Of a stretch of 37,119 nucleotides of DNA, positions 33,378-37,119 are shown in pieces. The stretch is from the NCBI RefSeq assembly GCF_006345805.1, contig NW_021836837.1, positions 1-37,119 on the forward strand, given 5' to 3'. Below the pieces are notes generated by a model that saw nothing but the letters and a program-made list of their open reading frames with translations, made no database searches and had not been told where the DNA came from. The position numbers were made by a program, and so were the translations under genes. The stretch's first letter is position 1. Each line of letters starts with the position of its first letter. This DNA comes from Octopus sinensis. Its lineage: Eukaryota.

Positions 33378-34141
33378 GTTTTAACGTTTTAACTCACTTC
33401 CACTGTTTACAGCAGTGCTTGGAAGGAATATGTGTAGCGAGTAATCGTCGCATTAACCATGACAGAGAATGTTATCATGGCGACACTTGCTCAGAGGCTT
33501 ATGCAAAGTTGCAGAAAGTGTACTGACAGGAGTGTATTAGCTGCATACAAATGTACGAGTATTTCGGACGTTTCCAAGTTGGCCGAAAAATGTCGATAAT
33601 GACGAACGTTCTAGGAAACCCTCAACCAGAAGAAATAAGAAAAGCGTCGCAGATGTGCATGCAGCTGTGAGGGGAAATCGTCGAATCACCATCATAGAAT
33701 GTGCAGATTAGTTATGGTTCAGTTCAGTCCTTTATCAATGAAGATTTGGTTATGAGATGCATGTCTGCCAAGTTTGTGCCAAAACTGCTTTCAGCTGACC
33801 AAAAAGACACTCGGGTTTCAGTTGCATAAGATCTCCGTGATTGTGTCGAGAGCGATGAAAACTTATTGGAAACCTTGCGTAGGCCTCTGAGCAAGTATCA
33901 CCAAGATTTGGTAAAATTGATGTAGATTCTCTGCTCATTCTCTGTCATGGTCAATGCGATGATCACACAATACACACGCTCCTTCCAAGCACTACTGTAA
34001 ACTGGAGAAGTGAGCTAGAACGTTAAAGCTTATTGCACATGCACAGCAGAGTTCAAGGTCAATCTGTGCCAAGCAGCTTTACTCTGCATACTTTAGCTTC
34101 GTTACTATAGCTACAGTTCGAGTACTTATTGATCAGACCTT

Positions 34142-34144
<3 letters not shown>
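33376..34144. mobile_element. Mariner-derived non-autonomous element with long inverted arms
   Basis: 33376-33510 is an imperfect reverse complement of 33873-34030. The centre holds a transposase remnant (SAKFVPKLLSADQK). The right end reads acttattgatcagaccttgTA. Confidence 0.75.
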
Positions 34145-34176
<32 letters not shown>

Positions 34177-34178
34177 CA

Positions 34179-34396
34179 CACAGGGGTACTGAAAGGTTCC
34201 TGGCTTCACGCAAAAGAAAATACAGGAGGATCAGTTAATTACAATTTCATTCAACGTATTCCCCTCTCAGAGTCATACACTTATTGCAGCAGCCCTTCAG
34301 TTTTTATAAGCCCTGTAAAAGAACTCAGAAGGATGGGCTTCCAACCAGGCCTTCCGTGATACTCTTAAAGCCAGGAACTTTTCAGCATCCCCTCGT
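34179..34396 (-). mobile_element. Mariner-derived ~220-bp MITE (copy 1)
   Basis: TIRs caggggtactgaaaggttcctggctt / aagccaggaacttttcagcatcccctcg. Confidence 0.8.
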
Positions 34397-34415
34397 GTCT
34401 GTGTGTATATAAATA

Positions 34416-34632
34416 CAGGATGGGGTACTGAAAAGGGGTCTGGCTTTGGGTAAAGGAAAATACAGGGGGATCAGTTAATTATGATTTTATTCAACGCATT
34501 CCCCCTCTCAGATTCACACACTTTTTGCAGCGGGCCTTCAGTTTTTTTTTTTTTTTAAGCCCTGCAAAAAATCTCGGATGGTTGTGCTTCCAGTCTGACT
34601 TTTCGCGGGGAACCCTTCAGCACCCACTCGTA
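34416..34632 (-). mobile_element. Mariner-derived MITE (copy 2)
   Basis: Collinear with copy 1. Confidence 0.75.
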
Positions 34633-35914
34633 CACGCAAACAAACAATGATTGACCTCTAAAAGATAAAATAATGAAAGGTTATTCCGAGAAATGTAAGA
34701 TAAGTGAAACAGAAAAATGAAATGTTTTAATGTGGTTAAATCTAATGTTGATATAACTCAGTCCATAGCAAAAGAAGAAAGCAACAGGGAGTGAACAAAC
34801 AGCCAAATTGCTAATAGCTATCTATAATATCGCTGAACATTACACTCCCTTTGCAAACACATCTGATATGATACAAGGGGCATTTCCGGACAAAATGCAT
34901 ACAATGAAAAATTATCAATGAAATGAACAAAACATTCTATCCATTCATGAAAAGCTATTTCATTGAGGATGGAATAAACTATTCATGAAAGGATAGTAAT
35001 GACAGATATTTGCAAGACACAAAAGGTTTTCTAACATAATAGATGCTCGTACATTAAATACTATCATCATAATAGATGATAGTATTTATGTTACATAAAT
35101 TTTAGTTACAGCCGTTAGATATAAAAATTAATGCGATTTGAACAAGAAGGATGTCGGAGAGCTTTTGTTAAATGCCGGGGTTGTCAAAAATGGAACGGCT
35201 CCTGGCTTATACAAAGCTTTCAAATATGTGTTTCGAGAAAATAAAAGTACAAAATTCGCAAAAGTTAATTGTTCTTCCATGACGGACACCAAAAATGGGA
35301 TCCAGAAATTATTTGAATATCGAGGCGTTTTCGCTGTCTGTAAATCGTTCGTTCAGTTAAAAATTACTTCTAATTTTGGCACAAGGCCAGCAATCTGAAC
35401 TCTTTGCATGAACACCACCCTGTACATAACTCCATGTTCCCTTACATGGCCTTGCTTTTTGCTTTTTGAGCCAAAAAATTAACTTAACTTAATTTTGAGG
35501 AGAGGAACAAGTCGATTACATCGTCTACAGTATTTGTGCAGCGCTTCATTTATCGACCCCGAAAGGATGAAAAAAAGTCAAACACGATGGGATTCGAACT
35601 CTGAACGTAAAGTGTCAGAAAGAATGTAGCTAAGTGCTTGTTGACGTGCAACATTTTAAAAATGCACTGAATAGATATAAATAACCAAAAAGGAAACAAA
35701 TAAAATATTGTTTATATTTAGAGTTAATGTGTGCAAAAGTGTGTTGAAAAACGAAGCATGCAATGAGCGAGAGAGAGAGAGAAGGGGAGGGAGAGAGAGA
35801 GAGAGGGAGTGAGAGAAGCTCATGTATGTTTTACTTAAAATTCAGTGGTGTTTGCAATTTGTTTGCGTTGAAGAAAACCGTAAGAGATGTTGGATGCGCT
35901 GAGCCATTTAAGCC

Positions 35915-36366
35915 TACGAAGGGGTGCTGAAAAGTTCCTGGTTTTAACGGTGCCGCGAATCACAACGGCGATTGAAACTAGTTCAATCGATTCAAAGCCA
36001 ACGGTTTATAACTACTCTGTGTATTTAATTGATTTTAATGTTCTTATATATTCATTCTGGGTTTAAATTGTATGTTTGTTTCGTACAATATGACAACATC
36101 AAAAGCGAACACCGCTGAAGCGCCGGCATAAAGAAATAAGTATATAAATAAACAATAAAGGACAGAAACGAGGGAGGAAGGAAGGAAGGAAGGAAGAACG
36201 AAGGTCCGACCTTCCGAGTTCTTTTACAGGGCTTAGGAAATCTAAAGGACTACTGCAATAAATGTGTGAATCTGAGAGAAGAATATGTTGAATAGAATCA
36301 AAATTATCTGATCCTTCTGTATTTTATCTTTTACCAAAAGCCAGGAACTTTTCTGCATCCCTCATA
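35915..36366 (+). mobile_element. Mariner-derived MITE (copy 3, interrupted by ~240 bp)
   Basis: TA-cgaaggggtgctgaaaagttcctgg ... ccaggaacttttctgcatcccctca-TA. Confidence 0.75.
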
Positions 36367-36385
36367 TGTATATATAAAATATATA

Positions 36386-36603
36386 CATGAGGGGGCACTG
36401 AAAAGTTCCTGACTTTAAAAGTGTTGTGAAAGGCCGCGTTGGAGGTCCGACCTTCCGAGTTCTTTTACAGGGCTTAGAAAAACTGAAGGACCACTGCAAT
36501 AAGTGTGTGAATCTGAGAGGGTAATATGTTAAATAAAATAATAATTAATTGATTCTTCTGTATTTTCTTTTACCCAAAGACAGGAAATTTTTAGCACCCC
36601 CTT
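36386..36603 (+). mobile_element. Mariner-derived MITE (copy 4)
   Basis: The interior encodes the mariner C-terminal remnant QGLEKLKDHCNKCVNLRG.YV. Confidence 0.8.
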
Positions 36604-36679
36604 CCCTTGTAGTTGTATTTTGTGTGCTTGGGATCAGCACCTGCTCCGTAGTTTGTATTTTGCGTACATGAGATCGCCC

Positions 36680-37119
36680 CGAAAATAGAGAATCCAAACG
36701 AACATTATTGGCACCTCATGCTTTTTAAAAAAAATTTTTTTAGCCAAGACAAGAAAGCAGCGGAAACCTGCAGGAATATAGGTGACATGTACACGGAGAA
36801 GATGCTGTTACGGAACGTGTGTGCCAGAAGTAAATTTTTCAAGATTTCGATCTGGAAGTTCTTCGGTTCAAGATGCACCTCGCTCAACGATAAAGTGAAG
36901 AAGTTAGTCGATATCGATACCAACCCCCGTTATACGACTTGGATGATCGCAGATATTCTCCCAAATATCCAACTCGAGTATTGAAAACTATCTGCATCAA
37001 CTTGGTTCCTTCATCAGGTTCGTTGTTTGGGTTCCACATCGCTTGAATGAAGCTATCCTCAACCAACAGATTCCCGTCCCCCGTCTACTATTCATTGTTA
37101 GGAACGTGAAGAAAACTAT
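36680..37119 (+). pseudogene. Decayed mariner transposase N-terminus (runs off the window)
   Basis: EHYWHLMLF...KKAAETCRNI...GEDAVTERVCQK...RFRSG...WVPHRLNE across frameshifts. Confidence 0.8.

Noticed and set aside
34933-35001. SECIS element (ATGA...TGAA in a hairpin)
   Set aside because: The ATGA motifs lie in a Watson-Crick palindrome (ttcatgaa). Helix II and the apical AA geometry do not fit on either strand.

Overview
AT-rich, microsatellite-dense animal genomic DNA. The repeat families look like those of a coleoid cephalopod, most likely Octopus (inferred from recalled repeat sequences, not tested). The only host coding sequence I can identify is the terminal exon of AMDHD2/NagA (N-acetylglucosamine-6-phosphate deacetylase; + strand, 26437-26615), so positions 1-26436 are probably one very large intron. 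The rest is transposon-derived: three SINE families, 3' fragments of RTE, CR1, Tx1/L1 and R4/Dong LINEs, a full-length but dead mariner, mariner, hAT and piggyBac MITEs, and several Penelope-like (PLE) fragments. Nearly all supplied ORFs are microsatellite artefacts. The most interesting signals are: (i) several type I hammerhead ribozyme motifs, including a nearly intact one at 21663-21751 (-), a head-to-head pair in a ~375-nt hairpin, and a family with a non-canonical core; (ii) a tRNA-derived SINE whose 3' tail matches the 3' end of a Tx1/L1-clade LINE in the same window, and which forms a tandem trimer joined twice at the same nucleotide of its own head, suggesting a self-targeting SINE/Tx1 pair; (iii) a compact bipartite RTE-derived element; (iv) two strong hairpins beside a possible unannotated exon near 35 kb.
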